From an uncultured Isosphaeraceae bacterium (lineage in GTDB: Bacteria > Planctomycetota > Phycisphaerae > Phycisphaerales > SM1A02), in assembly GCA_964640485.1 (NCBI GenBank), contig CAZXGD010000012.1, positions 1,385-65,384 on the forward strand: a stretch of DNA of 64,000 nt. The letters are read 5' to 3'. Both the position numbers and the translations under genes were made by a program. A model generated the notes under the pieces. The model saw only the letters and a program-made list of their open reading frames with translations. It searched no databases and was not told the origin of the DNA. How positions within the stretch are numbered: position 1 is the stretch's first letter; each line of letters begins with the position of its first letter. Positions 46,199 through 56,273 of this stretch are shown in pieces.

Positions 46199-47440
46199 CT
46201 AGCGCTTCATTGCGCGCTCAACGTCAGCAACGCTCTTGGGAATGTGCGCGGTAAGCACTCGGCATCCGCTCTTGGTGACCACCACATCGTCCTCAATGCG
46301 GATGCCCGTGCGTTCACCGGGCAGGTAAATGCCGGGCTCGATGGTGACGATAGCGCCCTCGCGCAGCGGGGCATCGGGTGACACATCGTGAGTTTCCAAT
46401 CCCAGATGATGGCCAGTGCCGTGAATGAAGGCATCACCGAGCCCAGCCTTGGTGATGACCCCGCGCGCCGCTGAGTCAATCCTGCCAAGCGTTGTGCCTG
46501 CGCGAACAGCAGCGATCGCTGCGAGTTGCGCCTTGAGCACAATGGTGTACAGCTCCCGTTGCCGCGCGTTAAATCGCCCTGATATGGGAATGGTGCGCGT
46601 GACGTCGGCGCTGTACCCGGCGTGGCTGGCGCCGCTGTCCAGCACCATCAAATCGCCGGCGACTAGGGGCTGGTCATTCGCGTGATAGTGAAGCACTGTG
46701 GCATTAAAGCCCGCCCCCGCAATGGTGCGGAACGCAAGCGTTCGCGCTCCGTTGGTTCGGTACGCGTGCTCCACCATCTCTTGAACGTCGAATTCGTTGA
46801 TGCCCGGGCGAACGCCTTTGAACGCCGCCGCAAAGCCGTGCGCTGTGATGGCTCCTGCGTGCTCCACACAGGCAACTTCTGCGGTGCTCTTGGCTGCACG
46901 CATGGTGGCAATGACATCAGTGCGATCGTCAATGGCCAGCCCGGGAATGCGCTCGGCCTGCCGGCGAAAGAGTTCCAGATCGCCGGAGACCGGAGCGTTG
47001 TACGCGGCCAAGGGCATCAGGCAGGAAAACTTGCGGGTGCGCCTTGCCGATTCAAGGAGCAGCCGGGGGAGCATGGTGGTGCGCATGACCGTGGCCACAC
47101 CAGTGCGTTCTCGCAGTGCGCTTCCCAACTCGTGGCGAAATCCGTCCCACTTTTCCACTTCTGGATTGAGTGGCTTGAGCAGCAAAATGGACCGGCGAGC
47201 CTCCACCGGGTTTGCCGGATCCAAGAGAAGCATGGCCCCCGGCTCATCAGTGATTCCAGTCAGGTACTCAAAGTGTGCGTGCGGGCGAAACGGATTGTGC
47301 AGTGAAGGGTCCTGTTCGCCCGCCAGCACGAGGCCAGCCGAGCCCTTGAGCTGCGCCAGCACACGCTGGCGACGCTTGTTGAACTCAGCGGGAGCAATGG
47401 AGGGCGCGGAGCGTGTACCAGACTTCTTGGAGGGAGCCAT
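46199..47440 (-). CDS. pepP: Xaa-Pro aminopeptidase (M24B)
   Basis: Metal-ligand motifs: DSGASHAGYSADVTRT, HGTGHHLGLETHD, EPGIY and IRIEDD. The ATG at 47440 (MAPSKK) avoids overlapping the upstream RND gene. Confidence 0.88.
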   Translation of the reverse strand: MAPSKKSGTRSAPSIAPAEFNKRRQRVLAQLKGSAGLVLAGEQDPSLHNPFRPHAHFEYLTGITDEPGAMLLLDPANPVEARRSILLLKPLNPEVEKWDGFRHELGSALRERTGVATVMRTTMLPRLLLESARRTRKFSCLMPLAAYNAPVSGDLELFRRQAERIPGLAIDDRTDVIATMRAAKSTAEVACVEHAGAITAHGFAAAFKGVRPGINEFDVQEMVEHAYRTNGARTLAFRTIAGAGFNATVLHYHANDQPLVAGDLMVLDSGASHAGYSADVTRTIPISGRFNARQRELYTIVLKAQLAAIAAVRAGTTLGRIDSAARGVITKAGLGDAFIHGTGHHLGLETHDVSPDAPLREGAIVTIEPGIYLPGERTGIRIEDDVVVTKSGCRVLTAHIPKSVADVERAMKR

Positions 47441-47462
47441 AGACGGCAGAGCGTACCGCCCT

Positions 47463-50400
47463 CTAGTCCAACACTTCGTCGAGGCGCTTCTTGGCCGCCA
47501 CGGAGTCGATCTTAAAGACCTTCTCTCGGATGTTCTCAAGCACCACGTAGAAGACTGGCACCAGAATGAGGGTGAAGAAGGTGGCCACGCTTAGACCGCC
47601 GATGACGGTGAGTCCGATGGACTGTCGGCTGTTGGCCCCCGCACCCGTGGCCAGCGCTAGCGGCACCACTCCCAAGATGAAGCTGAATGCGGTCATGAGA
47701 ATGGGTCGAAGTCGCAGTCGCGCTGCGGACCGCGCGGCTTCGATGGCCGTGGCTCCGCGCTCCCGTGCTTCTTTGGCAAACTCAATGATCAGAATTGCGT
47801 TCTTGGCCGCCAAACCAATCAACATCACCAGCCCGATTTGTGCGTAGACGTCCAGGGGCCTGTTGAACAGACGAAGAATGAGCAGTGCGCCCAGCGCGGC
47901 CAGTGGAACGGTGATGATCACCAACACCGGAAGCGTCCAGCTTTCATACACCGCAGAGAGGAAGAGGAAGACCGCGATGATGGCCAAGCCAAACACAAAC
48001 GGCGCCAGGTTGCCCGACTTCAACTGTTGAAAGACGATTCCCGTCCAGTCGTAGGTGATTCCTTGGGGCAGCGTGGTGGCGCAGAGTTCTTCCATGGCTT
48101 GAATGCCCTGGCCGGAACTGAATCCGGGTGCACTCAGACCGTTGATGGGAATGCTGTTCATGACGTTGTAGTGGGGCAGGTTGTCCGGCCCGGTCATGTT
48201 GCTCACCGTGCTGAAGGCGCTAAAGGGCACCATCTTTCCGCGGTTGTTCTGCGCGTAAATCTGGCCTAGCCCCTCTGACGTCATGCGGTGCTGAGCATCA
48301 GCTTGGATGTACACCTGATAGACCTGACCAAACCGGTTGAACTGGTTCACAAAGAATGAACCGTAATTCAACTGCAGCGCGTTGAATGCTGCGCCCACGC
48401 CCACACCCAGCGTTTCTAACTTTGTTCGATCGATATCCAGCCACACCTGTGGTACGTCCTTCTGGAATGTGGTGCTGGCAAAGCCCACCGCCGGTGTCTT
48501 GGATTTGTCATTGGCGATGGCCAACAAGTCGTTGGTGGCCTTTACGAGCGCTTCAAGCCCAACGCCCCCCTGATCGTTGATCTGCAGCTGGAATCCACCC
48601 ACGGTGCCCAGTCCAGGAATGGCGGGAGGATTAAAGATCATGACGTTTGCTTCAGGAATCATGTAGAGCGGACCCTGAAGGCGCTCCACGAGTGCTTGGG
48701 TGGTGTGCTCGGCACCCTTGCGTTCACCCCACTGCTTGAGCACGGGAATCAGAAACCCGGCATTGGTGGCTGATGCGCCGGTTAGAAAGTTCACGCCTGT
48801 GATCTGGATGATGTTCTCCACCTCTTCTTGAGAGGCGATGACCTGGCGGATTTGCTCTGAGACTTCAACGCTTCGATCCAGCGTGCTACCCGCGGGCAAC
48901 TGGAAGGGCACGAAGCAATAGCCGTTGTCCTCATCAGGAATGAACGCTGTGGGAGTGCGTAGCAACAGCAGGCCAGAGCAGGCGATAAGCGCCAGGAATG
49001 CCACGCCCGCCACCCACCACTTGCGCTCGAGCCAACCCACGCTCTCTTCAAAGATGCGCTCGGTGCGGCCAAAACCCCTGTTAAAGGCGCCAAAGAATCC
49101 GCGGTCGCGCTTGTGCTTGGCGGGCCGCAGCAAGAGTGCGCACAGCGCGGGGCTGAGTGTGAGCGAGTTGATTCCAGAAAGGATCACGGAGATGGCAATC
49201 GTGAGTGCAAACTGGTTGTACAACTGGCCCGTGATGCCCGGCATGAGGGCGGCGGGCACAAAGACTGCAGCCAGACACAGCGTGGTGGCCACGATGGGGG
49301 CGGCCACTTCCCGCATGGCTTTCGCGGTTGCTTTGTGAGGATCGGTCATGCCCTCTTCAAACTGTCGTTCAACGTTTTCAACCACCACGATGGCGTCGTC
49401 CACCACCAAGCCGATGGCGAGCACCAGCCCCAGCAGCGTGAGCTGATTGATGCTGAAGCCAAGCGCCAGCAGAACTGCAAACGTGCCGATGATGGAGACC
49501 GGAATGGCCACCATGGGAATGATGGTCGTTCGAAAGCTCTGCAAGAAGACGTAAATCACCAGCAACACCAGCACCACGGCCTCATAGAAGGTGCTCATCA
49601 CTTCATCAATGCTGGCGCTCACAAAGCGGGTGGTGTCAAAGTTGATCTGCTGTACCACATCGGGGGGGAATCCGGGCTCCAGTTGGCGCATGGTTTCACG
49701 TACGCCTTCGGCTACGGTGTACGCATTGGCGTCAGGAAGCTGATAGATGCCCAACAACGCTGCGCCCACGCCATTCTGCTGACCCACGCTGCTGTAACTG
49801 GCTGCCCCCAGCTCCACGCGTGCCACATCGCGCAGGCGCACCAGCCCGCCTTGGTCCTTCGTGCGCACCACGATGTCTTCGAACTGTTCGGCGGTGGTCA
49901 GTCTGCCCAGCGTGTTCACCTGCATGGTGTAGATCTGCGTACCCACCGTGGGAGCGGCTGCCGTCTGTCCGCCCACGGCCTGTTGATTCTGCTCACTCAC
50001 GGCGGCCTGCACCAGCTCGGGAGCGATGTTCAGAGCGGCCAATTTGGGCGTGTCAAGCCAGATGCGAATGCTGTACTGGCGGAGGCCGAAGTTAGTGACC
50101 GAACCCACGCCGGGAACTCGCTTCAGCGGCTGCGTGACGTTGATGTCCGCGTAGTTGCTGAGAAAGATGTCGTCGTAAGTTTTGTCCGGGCTCACCAGCG
50201 CAACCACCATCAGCAAGTCGGTGGACTGCTTGGCCACGGTAACACCCTGGCGCTGCACCTCAGTTGGCAACTGCGGAATGCTGGGAGACGAATTGTTCTG
50301 AACGTCAACCGCCGCAATGTCCAGGTCGTAACCCACATCGAACGTCACGGTAATGACGCTGGATCCGTTGTTGGTGCTCACGCTGGACATGTAAATCATG

Positions 50401-50621
50401 CCCTGCACGCCGTTGATGGCCTGCTCCAGCGGGCGCGTCACCACGTCGGACGTGGTCGTTGCGCTGGCGCCCGGATAGGTGGAGGTCACCTGCACCGTTG
50501 GAGGCGAGATCTGCGGGAACTGCGCGATGGGCAGAAAGAGAATTGAGAGCGCGCCCGCCAACAGCATGAGCAGGGCGATCACCGCCGCAAAGATCGGTCG
50601 CTTGATGAAGAATGGAATCAC
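47463..50621 (-). CDS. RND multidrug efflux permease (HAE1 / AcrB-like)
   Basis: 1052 aa, starting MIPFFIKRPIFAAVIALLMLLAG, with the TM4 motif GLVVDDAIVVVENVER. Confidence 0.93.
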   Translation of the reverse strand: MIPFFIKRPIFAAVIALLMLLAGALSILFLPIAQFPQISPPTVQVTSTYPGASATTTSDVVTRPLEQAINGVQGMIYMSSVSTNNGSSVITVTFDVGYDLDIAAVDVQNNSSPSIPQLPTEVQRQGVTVAKQSTDLLMVVALVSPDKTYDDIFLSNYADINVTQPLKRVPGVGSVTNFGLRQYSIRIWLDTPKLAALNIAPELVQAAVSEQNQQAVGGQTAAAPTVGTQIYTMQVNTLGRLTTAEQFEDIVVRTKDQGGLVRLRDVARVELGAASYSSVGQQNGVGAALLGIYQLPDANAYTVAEGVRETMRQLEPGFPPDVVQQINFDTTRFVSASIDEVMSTFYEAVVLVLLVIYVFLQSFRTTIIPMVAIPVSIIGTFAVLLALGFSINQLTLLGLVLAIGLVVDDAIVVVENVERQFEEGMTDPHKATAKAMREVAAPIVATTLCLAAVFVPAALMPGITGQLYNQFALTIAISVILSGINSLTLSPALCALLLRPAKHKRDRGFFGAFNRGFGRTERIFEESVGWLERKWWVAGVAFLALIACSGLLLLRTPTAFIPDEDNGYCFVPFQLPAGSTLDRSVEVSEQIRQVIASQEEVENIIQITGVNFLTGASATNAGFLIPVLKQWGERKGAEHTTQALVERLQGPLYMIPEANVMIFNPPAIPGLGTVGGFQLQINDQGGVGLEALVKATNDLLAIANDKSKTPAVGFASTTFQKDVPQVWLDIDRTKLETLGVGVGAAFNALQLNYGSFFVNQFNRFGQVYQVYIQADAQHRMTSEGLGQIYAQNNRGKMVPFSAFSTVSNMTGPDNLPHYNVMNSIPINGLSAPGFSSGQGIQAMEELCATTLPQGITYDWTGIVFQQLKSGNLAPFVFGLAIIAVFLFLSAVYESWTLPVLVIITVPLAALGALLILRLFNRPLDVYAQIGLVMLIGLAAKNAILIIEFAKEARERGATAIEAARSAARLRLRPILMTAFSFILGVVPLALATGAGANSRQSIGLTVIGGLSVATFFTLILVPVFYVVLENIREKVFKIDSVAAKKRLDEVLD

Positions 50622-51811
50622 TTTCCGCCGCTCCCCGTTTCGGCGTCAGTGGGTGCCGCTGGTGCCGGTGGCGCCGCTGGCGCCGCGTCCGGCGCGGGCG
50701 CCTTCACTTCGTGAATCACCTTGTTTTCACGAAGCTTTTGTTGGCCATGGGTCACCACACGGTCTCCCGCCTTAAGCCCGGAAGTCACCACGATGCCGCT
50801 TCCACCACGCGGACCTGTTTGCACCACCACTGACTTCACGGTGTTGTTGGCTTGCACCAGCCACACCAAGCTGGCCGCGGTTTGATAGACCAAGGCGGAC
50901 TCTGGAATGGTCACGGCATCCTTCATGATCTGCACTGGCAGCTTGAGATTGACATACGCGCCGGGCACCAAGCTGCGGTCCGCGTTGGCCAGTTCAAGAC
51001 GTGCCAGAATGGTGTCGGTGGAGGCATCAACATGGTTGTCAATAAAGACAACCTTGCCGGAGCCCTTCCAGTTTCCTGGCGGCATGGTCACGTCGACCGC
51101 ATCCTTGCGGTTTTCCATGAGCGTGCGAAGGGCCGGAATGTCCTGCGCAATGGGGTTGAACTCCACCCAAATGGGGTCCAGTACTTGAATGTTGGTCATA
51201 CGGTTGTTCACCGTGGGGCCAACGAGCGTGCCTTGATACACCTGAGTCTTGGAAATCTGGCCCGCGCTCAACGCCCGAACCGTGCAGTAGCTCAGGTTGA
51301 GGCGCGACTGATCCACCGCAGCGCGCCGCGCTTCAGTCTGCGCCTTGGTGGATCGCTCATTGGCCACCAGTTGCTCAAACTGCTCCACGCTGATGGCTTC
51401 CACATCCACCAGTGGGCGGTTGCGTTCCACCTTTTGTTTGGCGTTCTTGTACTCGGCTTCAGCGACAGCCAAGTCCGCCAGTGATTGTTCCAGCGCCACT
51501 TCAAAGGGGCGGGGATCGATCTCGTAGAGGATCATCCCTTCCTGCACCGTCTGACCGTCGGTGAAGTTCTGCTTGGTCACCCATCCTTCCACGCGAGCAT
51601 TGATCTCCACCATGCGCACGGTGGTGGCGGTGCCTGGGTACTCGTGAAACACGGGAACATCGGCGGTGGTGGCTGCTTCTGTCACCACCGGAGCGGGAGG
51701 TTCCTGGTGGGGTGGGGCGGGCTTGGAGCACGCGGCGACAGCACTTGTTGCGACAATTCCCAAAACCAAGAGTACGGGGTGATTCATGAGGGTTGTTCCG
51801 CGAACGGTCAT
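50618..51811 (-). CDS. RND periplasmic adaptor (membrane fusion protein)
   Basis: Lipobox SAVAACS, a coiled-coil hairpin and beta-barrel segments. It has 4-nt overlaps with both neighbours. ATG 51787 is an alternative start. Confidence 0.88.
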   Translation of the reverse strand: MTVRGTTLMNHPVLLVLGIVATSAVAACSKPAPPHQEPPAPVVTEAATTADVPVFHEYPGTATTVRMVEINARVEGWVTKQNFTDGQTVQEGMILYEIDPRPFEVALEQSLADLAVAEAEYKNAKQKVERNRPLVDVEAISVEQFEQLVANERSTKAQTEARRAAVDQSRLNLSYCTVRALSAGQISKTQVYQGTLVGPTVNNRMTNIQVLDPIWVEFNPIAQDIPALRTLMENRKDAVDVTMPPGNWKGSGKVVFIDNHVDASTDTILARLELANADRSLVPGAYVNLKLPVQIMKDAVTIPESALVYQTAASLVWLVQANNTVKSVVVQTGPRGGSGIVVTSGLKAGDRVVTHGQQKLRENKVIHEVKAPAPDAAPAAPPAPAAPTDAETGSGGK

Positions 51812-53334
51812 GGTGCAGCTTTCCCGGCAGCCGCAGTGGTAGCAGGCGAAGCATCAGGGGCAATCAATGGTGCAACGGGGTCGGCTGCCGGTGGCAGCGG
51901 AGAGGTCTCCCATCCACCACCCAGCGATCGGTAGACCTCCACCAAGTTCTGAGCCACTAGCCCTTGGCCCTGAACCAGCCCATTGCGGCTCTGGATGAGA
52001 ATCTGCAAGAACTGAATGAGCTGCGTGATGTCGATGGTGCCCATCTCATACTTGCGAATGGCAAGGTCGTACGCGGACATCACCTCACTGTTGGCGGCCG
52101 CGTAACTGTCGCGAACACCGCGGCTGCTGCTGTAGTTGGCAATGGCAGTGTCCACTTCCTTCATGGCTTTCAGGATGGCGCGTTGGTAACCCACAAGCGC
52201 TGCATTGGCGCGCGCCTTGGCGCCGGCCACTTCAGCCTGAGTCTGCCCCTTCACAATGCGAAAGAAGTCCCATCGAAGCGTCGGGCCAAAGAAGTAGGTC
52301 AAGTTGCCGCTGACATTGCCAAGACCGCTAAATGTCGCCGCGTCCACCCCGATGGTGCCGGTGAGCGAGAGTTCTGGCAGGTAGTTGGCCTCCGCTGCGC
52401 CGATGTCTGCGGTGGAGGCAGCCAAGTTGAGTTCAGCGGCACGAATGTCCGGCCGCCGCCGCAGGAGTTCCGCGGGTATCCCCACCGCCAATTCACTGTC
52501 GGTCATGGGGATGGCGGCGGGCTCGTTCATCTGCCTGCGCACCTCGCCCGGCATTTCGCCGAGTAGCAGGCTCAAACCGTTGATTTGGCTGGCCAGATTG
52601 CCTTCAATGGTGGCCACCTCTGCAAGGCTCGCGGAGAAGCGCGCGCGAGCTTCGGCCAAGTCGATTTTGTTGGCAGTTTGGTAGCGCAATTGCGCTTCGG
52701 TGACTTTGACCACCTTTTCAAGCGCGGCCGAGAGTTCGACGGCGTTGGTTCGCAACGCCTGCAACACACGCACCGCAATGTAGGCCTGTGCAACATCCGC
52801 ACGAACGCTCACCAGTGCCGCGCGGTACTCCTCGGCGGTGGCCGCATACCGGCCCTCGGCACCCTGGATCTGCCGGCGGATTTTGCCCCACACGTCAATC
52901 TCCCACGACGCCATGGTCATGCCATAGGTCCAGCGATTGAAAGGAGCCACATCCGCACCCGCGGCACCAACGCTGTTGGAGTTCACCTTAACTCGGCTGT
53001 ACGAGGCATCCGCATCGATATCAGGAAACAGATTTGAAAACGCGATGTCGTATTGCGCCCGGTACTGCTCAAGCACCGCGACCGCGGACTTCAAGTCCAA
53101 GTTTTGCAGTTCCGCGCGGGTGATGAAATCCTCAAGCAGCGGGTCGTGAAAGTCCTGCCACCAGAGTTCAGTGCGGGGAACGTCCGCGCTCATGCCCTTG
53201 GGCAGCGGGCGATCAAACTTTTCGGGCGTGGGGATCTCGGGCCGCGCGTAATCGGGGCCGATCATGCATCCATGGAGCGCCGCGAGCAGAGCCAAGCCAC
53301 CGGCACGAATCAAGAGGGATCTGTTCGCGGACAT
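51808..53334 (-). CDS. outer-membrane efflux lipoprotein (NodT/TolC family)
   Basis: Lipobox LHGCMIGPDY and two TolC-type repeat halves. Confidence 0.88.
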   Translation of the reverse strand: MSANRSLLIRAGGLALLAALHGCMIGPDYARPEIPTPEKFDRPLPKGMSADVPRTELWWQDFHDPLLEDFITRAELQNLDLKSAVAVLEQYRAQYDIAFSNLFPDIDADASYSRVKVNSNSVGAAGADVAPFNRWTYGMTMASWEIDVWGKIRRQIQGAEGRYAATAEEYRAALVSVRADVAQAYIAVRVLQALRTNAVELSAALEKVVKVTEAQLRYQTANKIDLAEARARFSASLAEVATIEGNLASQINGLSLLLGEMPGEVRRQMNEPAAIPMTDSELAVGIPAELLRRRPDIRAAELNLAASTADIGAAEANYLPELSLTGTIGVDAATFSGLGNVSGNLTYFFGPTLRWDFFRIVKGQTQAEVAGAKARANAALVGYQRAILKAMKEVDTAIANYSSSRGVRDSYAAANSEVMSAYDLAIRKYEMGTIDITQLIQFLQILIQSRNGLVQGQGLVAQNLVEVYRSLGGGWETSPLPPAADPVAPLIAPDASPATTAAAGKAAP

Positions 53335-53382
53335 GGACGGGAAAGTGTAGAGCGGCGGAGGGGGCTGCGCCCCGCAATCTTC

Positions 53383-54249
53383 TCAGCGCCGGGCCCCTGC
53401 GGGCTGCTTTGTTTCCAGCAACCGAGTGGCGTAGGTGTTCATGGCATCCCGTAACTGTTCAAAGCTGTCCAGCACGTACAAAATGGGCTGATAGTGGTCA
53501 ATCTCAAAGGCCGTGTTGCAGACTGTTTCAAGATCAAACGGGCGACGCTCAACGTCTTTTGAGTTCAACGAGTGGTGGCTTTCTCCGGGGCTGCTGATGA
53601 GCCCGCTGCCGTAAAGCTTGACGCGCCCCTCTTCGCGGATCAATCCAAACTCCACGGTGAACCAAAAGAGCCGAGAGAGTCGTTCGGTGTGCGCGGGATC
53701 GTCGGTGGTGAGCGCCGCCTTGCCATAGGTTTGCAGGAAATCGGCGAAGACTGGGTCAGCGTGGAGAGGAACGTGTCCAAAGACATCGTGAAAGATGTCC
53801 GGCTCCGGCAAGTAGTCAATGCTCTCCTTGGGTCGAATCACCACCGTGGTGGGAAAGTCACGCTGTGCCAGGCACGCAAAGAACGCTTTGGCCGGCAAGT
53901 ATCCGGGCACCGCTTTGCTTTGCCAACCGGTGAGCTGCTTCAGAAAAATGTTGATTGACTGGGCACCCTCGAGGTACGGAATGTGATCGCGTACCAGTCG
54001 AATGGATTTGGCGCCGTTCAGATAGACGTTTGAGGCGTGATCCGCCAAGTAGGCCATCTGGCGGTCATAGAGCACGCGCCACGTCTCTTGATTCTCTGCG
54101 GTGTATCCAGAGTATTGCTGTTGAATGAACGCACGAGAAATGTCATTGAATCCGGGCTTGCCGAACTGGTCCACATATTCCTGCGCGGCCTTACCTTGCG
54201 GACCGTCGATCATGGCGTGGTTCAGGCTGCTGGACGTCTTTCCATTCAT
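53383..54249 (-). CDS. phhA: phenylalanine 4-hydroxylase (pterin-dependent aromatic amino acid hydroxylase)
   Basis: Contains the iron-binding motif PEPDIFHDVFGHVPLHADPVFADFLQ and FWFTVEFGL. Confidence 0.9.
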   Translation of the reverse strand: MNGKTSSSLNHAMIDGPQGKAAQEYVDQFGKPGFNDISRAFIQQQYSGYTAENQETWRVLYDRQMAYLADHASNVYLNGAKSIRLVRDHIPYLEGAQSINIFLKQLTGWQSKAVPGYLPAKAFFACLAQRDFPTTVVIRPKESIDYLPEPDIFHDVFGHVPLHADPVFADFLQTYGKAALTTDDPAHTERLSRLFWFTVEFGLIREEGRVKLYGSGLISSPGESHHSLNSKDVERRPFDLETVCNTAFEIDHYQPILYVLDSFEQLRDAMNTYATRLLETKQPAGARR

Positions 54250-54268
54250 GAGCGGGGCTCCATCTGAT

Positions 54269-54901
54269 TCATGCTAGGTCCACCGGGCCGCTGTGCGCAG
54301 CCAGTTCTTGCAGGCGGGGCAATGCGTGTGCCGCGCTTGGGATCGGTGGATGGCAGCAGGCGCGAATCACGCCTAGTTGTCCACGAATATCGAATCCCCA
54401 TGGGTCCACACCCACCACGCGCGGCGAGGACAGTTTGTGTCCTCCCGCAGCAAACGCGGCGGGTGCCAACAGCGCGGCGTGCTTCGTGTTGATCTCCTTG
54501 CACAGAGCCACCTCTTGCTCGGCAAACGGATTGGCCCGGCTGAGCCCCACTCCATCAATAAAGTGCCCCTTGTAACGGCCGGCGTCGATCAGCATTCGCG
54601 CCCAGCGCACATCGGGTGGCTCGCCGTGATAAATGCACCATCGATCGCAGAGCGCGGCGAATGGTCCGTGTTCATCCAGTTCCTCCAGCGTCACCTGAAG
54701 TTCAAGGGAGTCGTCGCTGTCATCGGGCAATTCCAACACTGTGTCCACGCTGCGGAGCATGGCCACCATCACACTGGCCACTAAGGTGCCATCGGGGGAG
54801 GGCGCCACGCGCATTTCAAGCCGATCCTGCCCAAAGCGAATGCGGCCAACCAAATGACCGCGCAGGTAGTCGTAGGCCTCGTCAACAATGGGGTCGTTCA
54901 T
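54269..54901 (-). CDS. DUF2470-domain protein (HugZ / heme-utilisation-like)
   Basis: The C-terminal INTKHAALLAPAAFAAGGHKLSSPRVVGVDPWGFDIRGQLGVIR resembles DUF2470. The ATG at 54901 (MNDPIVDE) is preferred. Confidence 0.45.
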   Translation of the reverse strand: MNDPIVDEAYDYLRGHLVGRIRFGQDRLEMRVAPSPDGTLVASVMVAMLRSVDTVLELPDDSDDSLELQVTLEELDEHGPFAALCDRWCIYHGEPPDVRWARMLIDAGRYKGHFIDGVGLSRANPFAEQEVALCKEINTKHAALLAPAAFAAGGHKLSSPRVVGVDPWGFDIRGQLGVIRACCHPPIPSAAHALPRLQELAAHSGPVDLA

Positions 54902-54929
54902 TCCACGCCGATCGTACGATGGCGCCGGA

Positions 54930-56273
54930 ATGCAGGTACTCCATCCGCCCACGCAGCCCGCCCCTGATTTGGGAGCAACCCCAGGATGGAAGTGGACGCG
55001 CCCTGCGGTGGTGACGCTTGCGGCGCTCACCTGTATCAATCTCTTCAATTACGTGGATCGGTTTGTGCTCAGCGCACTGTTCACCGATCTTGAAAAGCCC
55101 GTGGCCGCGGGCGGACTGGCCTTAACGAAAGCGCAGCAGGGTGAGCTGTACTCGGCATTCATTATTGTGTACGCGCTTACCTCGCCTATCTTTGGAGTAG
55201 TGGGAGACCGATGGAAGCGCATGTGGCTCATCGGTGGCGCAGTGGCGCTGTGGAGCGTGGCCACGGCAGCCGGTGCATTTGCAATCGGCATGGCATCGTT
55301 ACTGGTGGCGCGCGCGTGCACCGGCGTGGGCGAGGCCGCATACGCCAGCATCGCACCCTCAGTGATCAGCGATTTGGTTCCGCGAACATCTCGTGGCCGC
55401 GCACTTGCCATTTTTAATGCGGCCATTCCCATAGGAGCTGCGCTGGGGTTCATGCTGGGCGGACTGATGGTGGCGGACTATGGCTGGCGTGCGGCGTTGA
55501 TGGTTGCGGGCGTTCCCGGCATGGCGCTTGCGTTTTGGGTCTTCTTTCTGAAGGAGCCGGTGCGGGGCGCGCTTGATCCTTCGCAGCCCACGCAGCGAGA
55601 GAGCTTGCGTGTGGTTGCGCGAAATCTGACACGCAAACAGTTTGTGCTGCCGGTGCTGGGCTATGTGGCACAGACGGCAGGGTTTGGAGCGTTGGCGATC
55701 TGGGCGCCGAGCTATCTGGAACAGGCCAAAGGTGTTTCGCCCGAAGCAGCCACAACCACATTCGGCGCCGTGATTGTGGTGACAGGCTTGCTGGGCACCA
55801 TCGCAGGCGGCTGGTTGGGCGATCGTTGGCTGCGGCGCGATCGCCGTGCACTGCTGTGGACGTGTGCCTTGAGTTCTGTGCTTGCAGTTCCGTGCGTGGC
55901 GTTGGTGCCATTTGTCAACGCGGGCGTTCTGATGTGGACGCTTGTGGCACTGGGGAGTTTTTTCTTGGTGATGAGCGTGGGGCCCATTAACGCGCAGATC
56001 GTGAATGTGCTCAGGCCCACTGAGCGTGCAACGGGTATCGCCGTCAGCACCACGCTCATCCATTTGCTTGGCGATGTGCCGAGCGTGCCGTTCATCGGAT
56101 GGCTGGCGGATGTGTATGCGCCGACTCTGGGCGCCGTACCAGCGTTTAACCGAGCCTTTCTGGTGATCCCGTGTTGCATTGCGGCGGGCGCGGTCATCTG
56201 GATCGCCGGCGCGATGTGGGGATGCAAGCCTCACCCCGACGACGCAGCGGCTGCCACGGAGCCCGCCCGGTGA
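54930..56273 (+). CDS. MFS transporter (Spinster-like)
   Basis: About 12 TM helices, with NLFNYVDRFVLSALF and GDRWKR motifs. Confidence 0.8.
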   Translation: MQVLHPPTQPAPDLGATPGWKWTRPAVVTLAALTCINLFNYVDRFVLSALFTDLEKPVAAGGLALTKAQQGELYSAFIIVYALTSPIFGVVGDRWKRMWLIGGAVALWSVATAAGAFAIGMASLLVARACTGVGEAAYASIAPSVISDLVPRTSRGRALAIFNAAIPIGAALGFMLGGLMVADYGWRAALMVAGVPGMALAFWVFFLKEPVRGALDPSQPTQRESLRVVARNLTRKQFVLPVLGYVAQTAGFGALAIWAPSYLEQAKGVSPEAATTTFGAVIVVTGLLGTIAGGWLGDRWLRRDRRALLWTCALSSVLAVPCVALVPFVNAGVLMWTLVALGSFFLVMSVGPINAQIVNVLRPTERATGIAVSTTLIHLLGDVPSVPFIGWLADVYAPTLGAVPAFNRAFLVIPCCIAAGAVIWIAGAMWGCKPHPDDAAAATEPAR

